In this document: positions 1 to 10,243 of the stretch, in pieces
Layout of the letters: every line of letters begins with the position of its first letter
How positions within the stretch are numbered: position 1 is the first letter of the stretch
IMG/VR virus record: IMGVR_UViG_3300035661_000001
Location: 248,001 to 312,000 of that record
Reading direction: 5' to 3' (one strand)
Length of the DNA: 64,000 nt
Notes under the pieces: generated by a model
Database searches by the model: none
Told to the model about the DNA's origin: nothing
What the model saw: the letters and a program-made list of their open reading frames with translations, nothing else
Position numbers and translations under genes: made by a program

Positions 1-2
1 GA

Positions 3-2342
3 AGTAATGATATTGCTGTTGGTGAAGGTAGAGGTTCAGTAGGCGGTTCTTTGATAGCTTTCTTATTAGGCATTCATCAGGCAGATCCTATTAAATATAG
101 TTTGATTTTCGCTAGATTTCATAATAAAGAAAAGTCAAGTTTCCCAGATATTGATACTGATTTCGCACCATCGGGTCGGGCATTAGTTCAAAATTATTTA
201 AGAAATAAATATGGAGAAGATAATGTTGCTCACGTATCTAACGTAAATACAATTACACCAAAAGTTTATGTAAGAGATATTGCTCGTTCTTGTGAACTAG
301 GTGGATCCAAAGAAGAAGCGATTAAGATAGGAAATGATGTAGCCGATTGTATTCCAGCAGATGTCCATTCTATTGATGATGCTTTTAATAGGGTTCCTCT
401 TTTTGCGGAGTATTGCAAAAAATATCCAGAGTTCATTAAATACAAAGATATTTGCGGTAAGTTTCGTGCATGGAGCACTCATGCAGGAGGTATTATCATT
501 TCAGCCAGACCATTAACTGGTTTAGTTCCATTACGTCGAGATAAAGATGGTGCCTTAGCTATTGAATACGATAAAGATAAAGCTGAAGAAAATGGTCTAG
601 TTAAAATGGATACATTAGGCTTATCTACTTTGGATATCATTGGTCAAATAATGCAGTTAATTAAAGAGTCAGGCAAGGAAATGCCTCCTGATATTTTTGA
701 TTATGAATCATACGATCAAGAAACTTACAAAGTAATTACATCTGGTGATACTTTTGGTGTATTTCAGTTGGGCACAAGCGGTGGTACTATTGATTTATGT
801 CGTCGGATTAAACCAAAATCAATCAATGATATTAGTTACATAAATTCATTAGCTAGACCATCAGCCAGAGATATGCGTGATGATTTTATTTCCACCAAAG
901 ATGGTAAAAAACCATTTGCTTTATTACATCCTACATTAGGAAGAGCTTTTAATAATACATATGGTTTCGGGTTGTATGAAGAATCATTAATGTATCTTGC
1001 TCAAGATGTAGCGGGTTGGAGTTTGCATTCTGCAGATCGTCTTAGAAAATTAACGAAAGAAAAAGGTAAAAATCCTAAAAAGGCTCAACAGTGGAGAAGT
1101 GAATTTATTGCTGATGGAATTAAAAATGATGTTCCTGAAGAAACTGTTAAGAGAATTTGGGATGAAGTTATCGATTTATTTCAGGGCTATGGTTTTAATC
1201 AGTCTCATAGTATTTTATACTCTATGACTAGTTATAAAACTGCTTATCTCAAAGCTCATTATCCTGTCGAATTTCTCATGGCTAATTTGATGGCAGAAGT
1301 AAAATCAAATACTCCTGATGCCAAACCAAACATTGAGAAAATCAAGAAAGAATTAAGAGATCGTAAGGTCAAGTTATTACCACCTGATATTAACAAGTCA
1401 CAATTATCTTATACTTTATTAGATGACAATCAATTATTAACAGGATTAGATTCTCTTAGAGATGTAGGTGATGATGCGATCAAAGATATTATTTCCAAAC
1501 GACCATTCAATAACTTTTTTGATTTCATGGTTAGAGTAGATTCCAGAAAAACTAGAGCTAATGCTATCGCGGCATTAGCTGCGGCGGGAAGTATGGATCA
1601 TTTTGGGATACCCAGAAAATTGATTTTTCTATATTGCTCAGATTATAGAAAAAAATTACAGGTTTGGTTGAAGAAACACGATCCAAAAGTAGAAGAATTT
1701 CAATATCCTTGGCCAAAAGAATCGGAATGGAAAATTCACGAGTTATATGCTCTAGAACAACATTATCTTGGAGAATCATTTGTATGTAAGTCAGCCGATG
1801 CTTATGGCAAATTCTTCAAAGAAGAACACGTGAATATTGCTACACTCAAAAAAGTAAAAGATAGATCTAGATTATTTCCAATTAGATGTATTGTTAGAAG
1901 CGTATTTGAATTAAGAGTAAAGAAAGAGACTAGCAAATTTTATGGTCAAACTATGGCAAAAGTTACATTAGAAGATGCTAACGGTGAACAATGTTCTTGT
2001 ACTATTTTTCCGGACAGATGGAAAAGGGTTAATGATCGTTTGAAAGACATTCATAGTAAAGCGATATTTGAACCAGGATTAGCTATTAGTTTTTGTGGAA
2101 CAACAAATAAATATGAAGATGAAATTGGTGTAATTTTGGAGGATTTATTCAATGTGGCACTAAGTCCATCGGTACCAGATGATTTAAAAGCTAAAAAAGT
2201 AACATTAAAAACAATCAAATCAAAAACATCAGAAGTAATAGATAAAAAATCCGACAGCAAAGAAACAATTTTAGAAGAAATTGAAGACTCACTAATCAAT
2301 AACGGTTTTCTAGATTTAGATGTCGAATTTGAAAGTGATTGA
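3..2342 (+). CDS. dnaE: DNA polymerase III alpha subunit (DnaE-type), 5'-truncated by window edge
   Basis: Frame is open from base 3 (SNDIAVGEGRGSVGGSLIAF, matching the conserved GxGRGS motif). Catalytic PDIDTDF, plus STHAGG, KMDTLGL, YGFNQSHS and a C-terminal OB-fold-like segment. Confidence 0.97.
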   Translation, partial: SNDIAVGEGRGSVGGSLIAFLLGIHQADPIKYSLIFARFHNKEKSSFPDIDTDFAPSGRALVQNYLRNKYGEDNVAHVSNVNTITPKVYVRDIARSCELGGSKEEAIKIGNDVADCIPADVHSIDDAFNRVPLFAEYCKKYPEFIKYKDICGKFRAWSTHAGGIIISARPLTGLVPLRRDKDGALAIEYDKDKAEENGLVKMDTLGLSTLDIIGQIMQLIKESGKEMPPDIFDYESYDQETYKVITSGDTFGVFQLGTSGGTIDLCRRIKPKSINDISYINSLARPSARDMRDDFISTKDGKKPFALLHPTLGRAFNNTYGFGLYEESLMYLAQDVAGWSLHSADRLRKLTKEKGKNPKKAQQWRSEFIADGIKNDVPEETVKRIWDEVIDLFQGYGFNQSHSILYSMTSYKTAYLKAHYPVEFLMANLMAEVKSNTPDAKPNIEKIKKELRDRKVKLLPPDINKSQLSYTLLDDNQLLTGLDSLRDVGDDAIKDIISKRPFNNFFDFMVRVDSRKTRANAIAALAAAGSMDHFGIPRKLIFLYCSDYRKKLQVWLKKHDPKVEEFQYPWPKESEWKIHELYALEQHYLGESFVCKSADAYGKFFKEEHVNIATLKKVKDRSRLFPIRCIVRSVFELRVKKETSKFYGQTMAKVTLEDANGEQCSCTIFPDRWKRVNDRLKDIHSKAIFEPGLAISFCGTTNKYEDEIGVILEDLFNVALSPSVPDDLKAKKVTLKTIKSKTSEVIDKKSDSKETILEEIEDSLINNGFLDLDVEFESD

Positions 2343-2390
2343 TAAGTTTTGTATATCGTTTTGAAATAAATGATAAGTATTTTGATTAAA

Positions 2391-2397
2391 TGATATA
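2391..2397 (+). promoter_or_regulatory. TGATATA extended -10-like element
   Basis: Intergenic TG-n-TATA; same heptamer recurs upstream of several genes (9661, 26620, 39682, 58007, minus 60892-60898). Confidence 0.4.
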
Positions 2398-2469
2398 AAA
2401 AATATGCATAACGCGTTATATCCATTATTAGGATGTAGCGCGTTATTCTTTTTAAGAAAGTATTTCAAA

Positions 2470-3369
2470 ATGGCAAGAGTAAAATTAAGTGAGTACTGTA
2501 AAAATAACGGAATCTCATACATTACTGGGTATCGATGGTTTAAAGAAGGAAGATTACCAGTATCATCTTTCCAGGCAGATTCTGGAACAATAATTGTTGA
2601 GGACGACACGATGGAAAATGTAGTATCATCGACCAACCAATCTAATGATTCAATGGCATTGTTCATTAAAAAAACAGTAGAGTTTAGTAAGAGCAATTCA
2701 TCTATTGAAGATTTTGCAGCATATTTGTTATCTAATTTTCAATTGAAATTGAATTCAAATACAAACTCAAATATTGAGAATCCTAAATATTCAAAAAACA
2801 AACCGAAATCTGAAGATATTCAGAAGCATTTTCAACAGTTTTTGAAACCTAAAGGTGAGAAGCCTAAGCCAAATATGTTAATTGCTAGTCCTGAAGAGTT
2901 TGATAAGTTAGCTGACGAATCTGATAGTGTAGTTCACAGATCATTGTCAGAAATTAGTGTTATTCAAAAATACGTGCCAACTGTAGGCGCGCAAGATTTA
3001 TTAAAAAATTTGGCTGTTGCATTTTCTGAAGAAGATATTTCTTCAGATAGTAATGGCACGGGTCCTGACAGTATGATTAATAGAGTCGATTCAACTCCGC
3101 AATCCACAAACTATACCAACTCTACTTTTATTAATCATACTGTCAACGATCTGTTATCTTTAAGCGCCGCCGAATCTTCTGATAGATTATCGGCGTCTAT
3201 TATCCCTTCTGATATAATTGCTAGTGCCGGAACAACTAGTACTTTTAAACCTACGCAAAAAGAAATTGATTCAGTAACCAAAGCCATGGAAAAAGTAGCA
3301 AATGAATTGTACACTCAAGCAGTTTCTTCTAGAAGAAGAGGAAGAAAACCAACTAAAAAAAATGTTTAA
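2470..3369 (+). CDS. Protein with N-terminal IS607/MerR-like HTH and long Ser/Asn-rich unknown region
   Basis: MARVKLSEYCKNNGISYITGYRWFKEGRLPVSSFQADSGTIIVE resembles the IS607 TnpA DNA-binding N-terminus; no serine recombinase motif follows. ATG 2470 preferred over 2404. Confidence 0.65.
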   Translation: MARVKLSEYCKNNGISYITGYRWFKEGRLPVSSFQADSGTIIVEDDTMENVVSSTNQSNDSMALFIKKTVEFSKSNSSIEDFAAYLLSNFQLKLNSNTNSNIENPKYSKNKPKSEDIQKHFQQFLKPKGEKPKPNMLIASPEEFDKLADESDSVVHRSLSEISVIQKYVPTVGAQDLLKNLAVAFSEEDISSDSNGTGPDSMINRVDSTPQSTNYTNSTFINHTVNDLLSLSAAESSDRLSASIIPSDIIASAGTTSTFKPTQKEIDSVTKAMEKVANELYTQAVSSRRRGRKPTKKNV

Positions 3370-3377
3370 GGTGAAAT

Positions 3378-4139
3378 ATGAAATTTAATGATTTAGATGA
3401 AGAATTGACTGACAGTGACGTGCATTTAACTGTAGATAACGAGGGTTTTGCGGAATTAACAGAAGTCTATAATAAATTAGATTCATCTGAGCATGAATTC
3501 ACTCCCGGAATACCCAATGAATCTGCGTTAAAAGATCAATTATTATTGTTAACGAAAATGCATGAACAATTAGATATACCAGGTGATGTTGAATTATCAG
3601 AGATATCTAAATCAATCATGGATATAGTAGAAAAAACAAAAACTGTTTTGGATGAACAAGAAGTTGTTCCTGTCAGTGAATTGGTGGAAAATTCAGGCTA
3701 CTTGAAAGAAAAAAGAGATTATGCTCGCACTTATGTAAATAATGTTACTGGTAAATTACACCCAAATACTAAAAATCATATAGATAACTATCTTAAAAAA
3801 CATACTGGAAATTGTTCTGATAATTTTGTCACCGTTACCAGAATTGGTCGCGCCCCTATTACTCCAGAACAAAAGAAAAATAATGATGAAGCTGCATTGC
3901 AAGCTCTTAGAGCAGATGCCGTTTATCAAATTGTAAAAATTAGTAAATTCCTATTAGAGCAAGCCGAAGGTGGAAAGATAAATTTTGCCTCGCCTCAACC
4001 AGTGGTAATAACCCCTCCTACTGTAAAGGAAAAAGTGTTGAATAAATTAGATAGCCTCAAATCCAAGTTTAATAAAACTAAGAGAGAGTTATTTTATTCG
4101 GCTCTGAATCGTGTTCAAAAAATATTAAATGTTGAGTGA
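3378..4139 (+). CDS. Hypothetical protein (acidic N-terminus)
   Basis: 253-aa ORF with AAGGTG RBS, tightly packed in operon. Confidence 0.8.
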   Translation: MKFNDLDEELTDSDVHLTVDNEGFAELTEVYNKLDSSEHEFTPGIPNESALKDQLLLLTKMHEQLDIPGDVELSEISKSIMDIVEKTKTVLDEQEVVPVSELVENSGYLKEKRDYARTYVNNVTGKLHPNTKNHIDNYLKKHTGNCSDNFVTVTRIGRAPITPEQKKNNDEAALQALRADAVYQIVKISKFLLEQAEGGKINFASPQPVVITPPTVKEKVLNKLDSLKSKFNKTKRELFYSALNRVQKILNVE

Positions 4140-4145
4140 GGATTT

Positions 4146-4964
4146 ATGAAGTGTTTATCATGTGAAATGGAAATCAATCCCAAATGGAAACATGCTATTG
4201 ATGCGAATATGTGTCCATTTTGTGGAGAGAGTATTATGGAAGAGCAGTTGAAAAATCTTTTTTCTGTTCTTGGTGATGCTATGGAGCAACTGGCAGATTA
4301 TCCGGAGCCTCTAGATGATTGGATGTTATCTCATAATTATATTAAGACTGATTCTGATAAGTTGGTTTCTTTTATCCCTGAGGAGTATTTAAATAAATTA
4401 CACGAAGAATTTCTAGAAAAAAACAAACGTCACGGCAGAGATATAGAGCCAGGTAACAAGAAGTTTTCAGTCAAGGTCACTACTGATCAGGGAGAACAAG
4501 AAGTAATTGCTGAAAAGATTCAATCTGAAGAAAGAACCTCAGAATTCCATAAAAGAGCTGAAGCAGTTAAACCTAATCTTGATGGATTTAAAAATGTTTC
4601 AGAAAAGACCCAGCATCTTAAAGCGATGGCACAACAAATTAGACGTGAAGGCACGTCAGTGAATAATCAATCAGGTTTAGCAGGGTTGATTTCTTCTGAA
4701 ATGATGGAGACAGCAGATCCTGAAGCAGTTGCTGAATTACGAGCGGCGATCTCAGGAGGAGATATGGTTAGTTCATCTTTGCCTGAATCAGAGTTTGATG
4801 GAGAAGATGAAATACCATCATCTGTTTTAAGAATGGCTAATTCTGCGCAAAAAGGTGGGAAATCTGCTCAGGCTGATTTAGCAAAATTAAACGAATTACA
4901 AAATAGAGTTTCAGGCTCAAGGAAGAGTTTCTTATCAGGTGGGGGCGGATTCTCAAGAGCATAA
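4146..4964 (+). CDS. Zinc-ribbon protein
   Basis: N-terminal CLSC...CPFCG pair; GAGGA RBS. Confidence 0.75.
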   Translation: MKCLSCEMEINPKWKHAIDANMCPFCGESIMEEQLKNLFSVLGDAMEQLADYPEPLDDWMLSHNYIKTDSDKLVSFIPEEYLNKLHEEFLEKNKRHGRDIEPGNKKFSVKVTTDQGEQEVIAEKIQSEERTSEFHKRAEAVKPNLDGFKNVSEKTQHLKAMAQQIRREGTSVNNQSGLAGLISSEMMETADPEAVAELRAAISGGDMVSSSLPESEFDGEDEIPSSVLRMANSAQKGGKSAQADLAKLNELQNRVSGSRKSFLSGGGGFSRA

Positions 4965-4972
4965 GGTAAGTT

Positions 4973-5305
4973 ATGGCTTTCAGAATAGTTGATAGTAAAA
5001 AAGTTGAAATGACCGATGATGAATGGGTTATGTATGAGCAGATTGTAAAGTCATATTCCATTGGAAATAATAACGGAGAGGATTTATTTATAGATCTTTT
5101 TGAAGTTGATTCCAATGGAATAATCATTTTCCTTCGCCCGCCATCTAAAAGGCAAACTTCTTTTGAAGTTTTCTTATTCTGCATGGCGCTTCAACAGCAG
5201 CAACATCTTCGATGCCTTTACAAAAACGCAGATGACCTAGCAACACAGTTGAAGAATAAAATAAAAGAGATTGATGAAAAATTGCGAGATATAGGTAAAA
5301 AATGA
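4973..5305 (+). CDS. Hypothetical protein
   Basis: 110-aa ORF, TAAGGT RBS, coupled to next gene (ATGA overlap). Confidence 0.75.
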   Translation: MAFRIVDSKKVEMTDDEWVMYEQIVKSYSIGNNNGEDLFIDLFEVDSNGIIIFLRPPSKRQTSFEVFLFCMALQQQQHLRCLYKNADDLATQLKNKIKEIDEKLRDIGKK

Positions 5306-5808
5306 CACAACGGATAAGACTGATTGATTTTGTTGGAACAGAATTGGAAGATGATTTTTTAGATTTTGATTTAACAGAAATACAACAGGTGTTGGTTAAA
5401 TTACAGGATATGGATGCAATAGATTTGGCTCACGCAGAAATATTGCAACAACAAGCTTTACGAGGGGCAGATATTCTTACAGAGTATTTAGGTAAAATAG
5501 TTAAAACAGTAGGCTATTTAGAAACCAAAGTAAACAGTACGAAAAATAGAGCTGCATTTGGATACCAGGCTCCTGATGGTGCAAGAACGACTTCAGATAT
5601 GAAAAAATGGTACTCTGAATCTGCACCAGATGTAGAAGCAGTGCAAATAGCTTTAGCTAAAGCTAAGGGAAGTAAAATGGTTCTTGAGAAAAAATATGAT
5701 ATACTAATAAGAGCGCATCATCATTGGAAGGATATAGCTTCCGGACTTAGAAAATCCATTTTAGGATATAATCATAACCCCGGTAAGATTCCAGAAGGAT
5801 ATGAATGA
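5302..5808 (+). CDS. Helical protein, possible UvsY-like recombination mediator
   Basis: 168 aa, predicted all-helical/coiled-coil, about 1 kb upstream of recA. Function inferred from size and context only. Confidence 0.35.
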   Translation: MTQRIRLIDFVGTELEDDFLDFDLTEIQQVLVKLQDMDAIDLAHAEILQQQALRGADILTEYLGKIVKTVGYLETKVNSTKNRAAFGYQAPDGARTTSDMKKWYSESAPDVEAVQIALAKAKGSKMVLEKKYDILIRAHHHWKDIASGLRKSILGYNHNPGKIPEGYE

Positions 5809-6529
5809 TCGTATATGCAAAAAATGTAATTTACAAAAAGATATTTCTCTCTTTGTAAAGAAGAAAAAGAAAGATGGTACTATTTTTTACCTTTACAATT
5901 GTTTAGAATGTACAAAAAAATACAATAAACAATACCGTAAACAATATTATCAAGATAATAAAAAAATTTTGATAAATGATAGTAAAGAATGGTACCAATC
6001 TAATTTAGATAAGAAGAAAGCGTATGACAAAATACGTGGTTCAAAAAATAAAAACAATAAAAAAGAATACGATAAAAATTATAGGGAAATCAATAAAGAT
6101 AAAATAAGTAAAAGAATTTCTACATATCGTAAATTACGCAGATCTAAAGACCCTCAATATAAACTTAGAAAAAGTATTTCTTTTAGCATATGGTATTATT
6201 TAAATTTGAATGGTTCAAGTAAAGGAAATAATTCAATTATGAAATATTTGCCATATTCAATTAAAGAATTAAAACAATATTTAGAATTATTATTCGAACC
6301 TTGGATGACTTGGAATAATTATGGAATGTATCATGTTCAATCTTGGAAAGATGAGGATCAATTAACGTGGACATGGAATATAGACCATGTCATTCCTCAA
6401 AGTAAATTACCATATACTTCTATGGAAGATGAAAATTTTAAAAATTGTTGGTCTTTGAAAAATCTAAGACCTTTGAGTTCAAAACAAAATTTGTTAAAAA
6501 GTAATATGTATGAAGAAGAAGTTAAATGA
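5801..6529 (+). mobile_element. Free-standing HNH-family homing endonuclease
   Basis: CKKC...CLEC N-terminus, 15-aa Tyr/Lys repeats, C-terminal WNIDHVIP...NLRPL...N motif; paralog of 63140-63940. Confidence 0.8.
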
Positions 6530-6758
6530 TTGGTTAATTAAAAATAATAAAACGGAAATTGGTGCGCCATTTGATAAAAATGGAAATTACAATATAAATG
6601 GAAAATATAATTGGACATATCGTCTTCGTGATGAAAAAGATGATGGAGATATAGTACCACCAGTATTGTCAGGTGACATATATTATCCTGATTATAGGGA
6701 TTCCGGAGCTGAAAATATAATAAAAGGTATAATCAAACATCATAATATAGTTTTTTAA
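6510..6758 (+). CDS. Hypothetical protein
   Basis: 82-aa ORF filling the gap before recA. Confidence 0.6.
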   Translation: MKKKLNDWLIKNNKTEIGAPFDKNGNYNINGKYNWTYRLRDEKDDGDIVPPVLSGDIYYPDYRDSGAENIIKGIIKHHNIVF

Positions 6759-6790
6759 ATAAAATACCAAAAGAATAAATAAGGATAAAA

Positions 6791-7990
6791 ATGTCGAACA
6801 AATTAGATGCTTTTTTTAAGAGTTTTGCAGACTCAGAAGAACAATTAGATTTCAGAATGGCTCATGAGACAGTTGGACAAAAGGTCCCTGCTATTTCTTC
6901 AGGATCATTACTATTAGATAACGCGCTGTCATCTGGCGGTCTACCCAAAGGCAGATTGATACAGTTTTACGGCGCTCCTGGTAGCGGTAAAACCTTGATG
7001 GCTATGATTGCCATCAAAGAGGCACAGACTGATGATCCAAGCGCTCAACAGGTGTTTATTGACGCGGAACAGACATTCGATCCTACTTGGGCAGAGACCT
7101 TAGGTTTGGATACTTCCAAAATTATTATCATTGAAGGCGATACGGCAGTAAATGGTCGTAAATGTTTTGAAATGGTATTAGGTGTGCCTAAAGAAGATGC
7201 TAAGACTCATATATTAAAAGGTAAATCCAAAGAAGGCTTATTAGATAAGGTAGCTTCTGGAGAATTCAATATTAATTTGGTTGTTTTAGATTCTTTAGGA
7301 TCTATTATTCCACCAGGTGAAGATGTTTCTGCAATTGGTAAAATGAATATGGCTCTGTTAGCTAGATTCTTAACTACTACTTTCCGTAAACTTTCATTAG
7401 ATGTTAATAAAGCGAAAGTTCCCTTTATCATTATAAATCATAAGAAAGCTAATATGGATCCGTATGCTTCAGATCATACGTATTCTGGTGGAAATACCTA
7501 CGCACATTTCTTGAGCGCAAATGTGTATTTTGAACCTGTTAATCGTGCTGATGCAAAAATTTTGGATGAAAAAGAAAATAAGATTGGTCAGACCATTAGG
7601 GCTACCGTCGAAAAATCAAAATTTGGACCTTGGCCAAGAAAATGTGAATTTAAGATTGACTTCGGTATCGGCGTTATAGACAGACATCTAGAGATTGCTC
7701 AATTAGCTTTAGATTATGAAGTAGTTACTAAACCATCTTCGGTTACTCATGAATATGGTGATAAAAAATGGGTTGGATTTACTAAATTTTGCGACGCTAT
7801 CAAAGATAGCCCTGAATTAGCACTAGAGTTAGAAACTAAAATTACCGAAGCTCGTGATACGAAATGGGAAAAGAAGCGCGCAGAGCAAGAAGCAGTAAAA
7901 AATAAATCAAAAGAAAAAGAAGAAGTTGAAGAGTCTGAAGAATCAGATGAATCAGAACCTAAGAAACGTGGTAGAAAGGCTAAAGCGTAA
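6791..7990 (+). CDS. recA: RecA/UvsX recombinase
   Basis: GGLPKGRLIQFYGAPGSGKT (Walker A), VFIDAEQTFDP, VVLDSLGS (Walker B), ATVEKSKF; charged C-terminal tail. Confidence 0.96.
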   Translation: MSNKLDAFFKSFADSEEQLDFRMAHETVGQKVPAISSGSLLLDNALSSGGLPKGRLIQFYGAPGSGKTLMAMIAIKEAQTDDPSAQQVFIDAEQTFDPTWAETLGLDTSKIIIIEGDTAVNGRKCFEMVLGVPKEDAKTHILKGKSKEGLLDKVASGEFNINLVVLDSLGSIIPPGEDVSAIGKMNMALLARFLTTTFRKLSLDVNKAKVPFIIINHKKANMDPYASDHTYSGGNTYAHFLSANVYFEPVNRADAKILDEKENKIGQTIRATVEKSKFGPWPRKCEFKIDFGIGVIDRHLEIAQLALDYEVVTKPSSVTHEYGDKKWVGFTKFCDAIKDSPELALELETKITEARDTKWEKKRAEQEAVKNKSKEKEEVEESEESDESEPKKRGRKAKA

Positions 7991-8307
7991 TGTCTAATGA
8001 TTTGCTAGTACAAGTAACTGGTCTACCAGGAACGGTATCAATTTCTAAAAAACCTCCATACCTTATTGTGTTAGAAGAGACGTCTGGTAAGAGTAAGGTC
8101 ATTAAAAAATTCATTACTTTAGATAAGCCGGAACTTATGGAGGGCTTCGTGCAGGTGAAGGGTATTTTCTCAGATTTGCCCGAGGATGAGATAATTAAAA
8201 GTTTTTTTGACATCTTGACGACGGCAAATAAGGGATTATTCTTAGAAGTGTTGATACCGTGGCACAAAATCTCGTACATAAGAAGTTTAATTTTTAAACA
8301 AAAATAA
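7990..8307 (+). CDS. Hypothetical protein
   Basis: 105-aa ORF, start overlaps recA stop (TAATG). Confidence 0.7.
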   Translation: MSNDLLVQVTGLPGTVSISKKPPYLIVLEETSGKSKVIKKFITLDKPELMEGFVQVKGIFSDLPEDEIIKSFFDILTTANKGLFLEVLIPWHKISYIRSLIFKQK

Positions 8308-8313
8308 AGAATA

Positions 8314-8502
8314 ATGTTAATAGGAAATAAAGTAAGACATAAGTCAGGTGGACCCGAAATGTGCATTTCGGATTGTCAAAACGGGTGGACAGACGTTGGT
8401 GGAAATAAAATTCCACCATGGAAATGTAAATTCTGGAATGAACCAGAAAATCGGTTTATAACAGAAGAATTTTTTGAGCACGAATTAGTTCAAATAGATT
8501 AA
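8314..8502 (+). CDS. YodC/DUF2158-like small protein
   Basis: GNKVRHKSGGPEMCI...CKFWN matches the KSGGPxM signature. Confidence 0.7.
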   Translation: MLIGNKVRHKSGGPEMCISDCQNGWTDVGGNKIPPWKCKFWNEPENRFITEEFFEHELVQID

Positions 8503-8527
8503 AAACATAGGAAAATGAGATAATAAA

Positions 8528-8818
8528 ATGACATTAAATAGTAAGATAATTTCAGTTGATAATTTGGTTCTGAATGGTATTTTAAAGGCTATGGAAAGCG
8601 CTCCTCAATGGAGTGGTACTATGACTGATTTAGATGCCAGTTTGGTTAAGACTTACAACAGAAATGTAACGAAGTTATCTGCCCTTCCTGGTTCACCAAG
8701 TGCTCTGAGAGTGGTAGTAAACAGAATAACAAATCGATTGCGTTCAAGAGGAATCTCTGTGAGATTCAATAGAAGTACTGATCGTACTCGCACTCGTTAT
8801 GTTAAATTAGTTAAGTAA
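8528..8818 (+). CDS. Stand-alone winged-helix-like protein
   Basis: WSGTMTDL...LPGSPSALRVVVNR...LRSRGISVRF recalls the C-terminal wHTH of some mobile-element primase/helicases (recall, not searched). Confidence 0.4.
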   Translation: MTLNSKIISVDNLVLNGILKAMESAPQWSGTMTDLDASLVKTYNRNVTKLSALPGSPSALRVVVNRITNRLRSRGISVRFNRSTDRTRTRYVKLVK

Positions 8819-8907
8819 ATAGATACAAGTCCGATAAATGATTTAAAGTTCGTTAATAGAAAAGCACATTGATAGTGCAAAAGATAAATAACGTAGGAGA
8901 ATAAAAA

Positions 8908-9603
8908 ATGACAACTTTCGGTGAAATTTCATACAGTGACGAAATCCCTTCAGATAAAAAATCCTCATCTTCAAAAGACCTCTTTTTAAGAACGGATGAA
9001 GGTGATAACGAAATTAGATTATTAACTAACCCATTCCAGTATTCAGTTCACAAGGTGAAGAAAGATCCTAACAATCCAAAAGATTTTGGTCGTAAGGTTC
9101 CATGTTCAGCAGTAAATGGTAGCTGTCCTGCTTGTGATCATGATAAAGCTAAACTACGTTGGTTATACGGCGTTGTTGATCGCAAAACTGGTCAATTCAG
9201 AATTTTGGATGTGTCTTTCTCAGTATTTTCTCAGATTAGAAATTATGCCAGAAACACTAAGAGCTGGGGTGATCCAACCAAGTATGACATAAACATTTTT
9301 GTCAACAAAAAAGGTGGAGCAACCGGATACTACTCAGTACAACCTCTTCCAAAAGAGCCATTGTCTGCTGAAGATCAAAAAATCAAAGATAATGTAGATT
9401 TTGATGATTTGAAACGTAGATCAACTCCTCCATCAGCAGAAGTAGTTCAAAAAATACTGAATAGTGTTTTAGGCGATTCTGATGCTAGTCCTGCCGCAGC
9501 TTCTTCTAAGAAAAACGCGGTAGCTGCTCCTAAGAAAGTAGCTCCAGTATCAATGGATGATGATGAGTCAGCCGATGAGTTTCCAGATTATAATGCTAAG
9601 TAA
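8908..9603 (+). CDS. Single-stranded DNA-binding protein (gp32-like)
   Basis: FLRTDEGDNEIRLL, Cys/His cluster (C...CPACDH), YDINI...Y.VQP, Ala/Lys linker and acidic C-tail; replication context. Confidence 0.75.
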   Translation: MTTFGEISYSDEIPSDKKSSSSKDLFLRTDEGDNEIRLLTNPFQYSVHKVKKDPNNPKDFGRKVPCSAVNGSCPACDHDKAKLRWLYGVVDRKTGQFRILDVSFSVFSQIRNYARNTKSWGDPTKYDINIFVNKKGGATGYYSVQPLPKEPLSAEDQKIKDNVDFDDLKRRSTPPSAEVVQKILNSVLGDSDASPAAASSKKNAVAAPKKVAPVSMDDDESADEFPDYNAK

Positions 9604-9620
9604 GAAATAATCTTCTAACT

Positions 9621-9654
9621 AAAAGGGAGTCTTGGATATCCAAGACTCCCTTTT
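9621..9654. terminator. Bidirectional intrinsic terminator (34-bp perfect palindrome)
   Basis: AAAAGGGAGTCTTGGAT|ATCCAAGACTCCCTTTT right after the SSB gene. Confidence 0.85.
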
Positions 9655-9676
9655 GTTGTTTGATATATGATTATTC

Positions 9677-10243
9677 ATGATCAAAAAAATTTTAGGTTTC
9701 GATGTATCTTCTTCTTGTATAGGTTGGGGTCTTTTAGAAATAGACGAATCAAATAAAAATATTAAATATATAGATTCAGGTTTAATTGAGCCCACCAAAG
9801 ATGGCGATATAATTGAAAGATTGTTTCAAACAAAAAATGAAGTATCTTCTATTATGAATAAATGTGCTCCTGATTATATTGGTATCGAAAATATAATTAA
9901 TTTTATTAGAAATAAGAGTTCTGCTAATACTATCATTACTTTGGCAGTGTTTAATCGTATGGTTGGATTGTTGTCTCGCGAATTTTTAAAGAAAAGCCCA
10001 GAATTATTTGGAGTTTTAGATATTAGGCATGGCTTAAAAACAAATAAAATTCTCCCAAAGAAAGAAGATATGCCTGAGCTTGTAGCACAACATCTTGGAA
10101 TTACATTTCCATATAAATACATTACTCGTGGCAAGAGTAAAGGTAAGGTCCATGTTACTAATTATGATCGTGCTGACGGACTGGCGGTAGCTCTTTATTA
10201 TGCTTTTAAGTTAACTGGAAGATTGAAAAAAGGTAAGAAATGA
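9677..10243 (+). CDS. ruvC: RuvC-like Holliday junction resolvase
   Basis: ILGFDVSSSCIGWG, IGIENI, YDRADGLAVA carry the RuvC acidic catalytic pattern. Confidence 0.85.
   Translation: MIKKILGFDVSSSCIGWGLLEIDESNKNIKYIDSGLIEPTKDGDIIERLFQTKNEVSSIMNKCAPDYIGIENIINFIRNKSSANTIITLAVFNRMVGLLSREFLKKSPELFGVLDIRHGLKTNKILPKKEDMPELVAQHLGITFPYKYITRGKSKGKVHVTNYDRADGLAVALYYAFKLTGRLKKGKK

Noticed and set aside
2404-3369. IS607/IS200-605 element
   Set aside because: No serine recombinase catalytic domain, no tnpB and no recognisable ends.
8860-8907. gp32-like autoregulatory structure upstream of SSB (GCAC...GTGC)
   Set aside because: Only a 4-bp stem; too weak to support.
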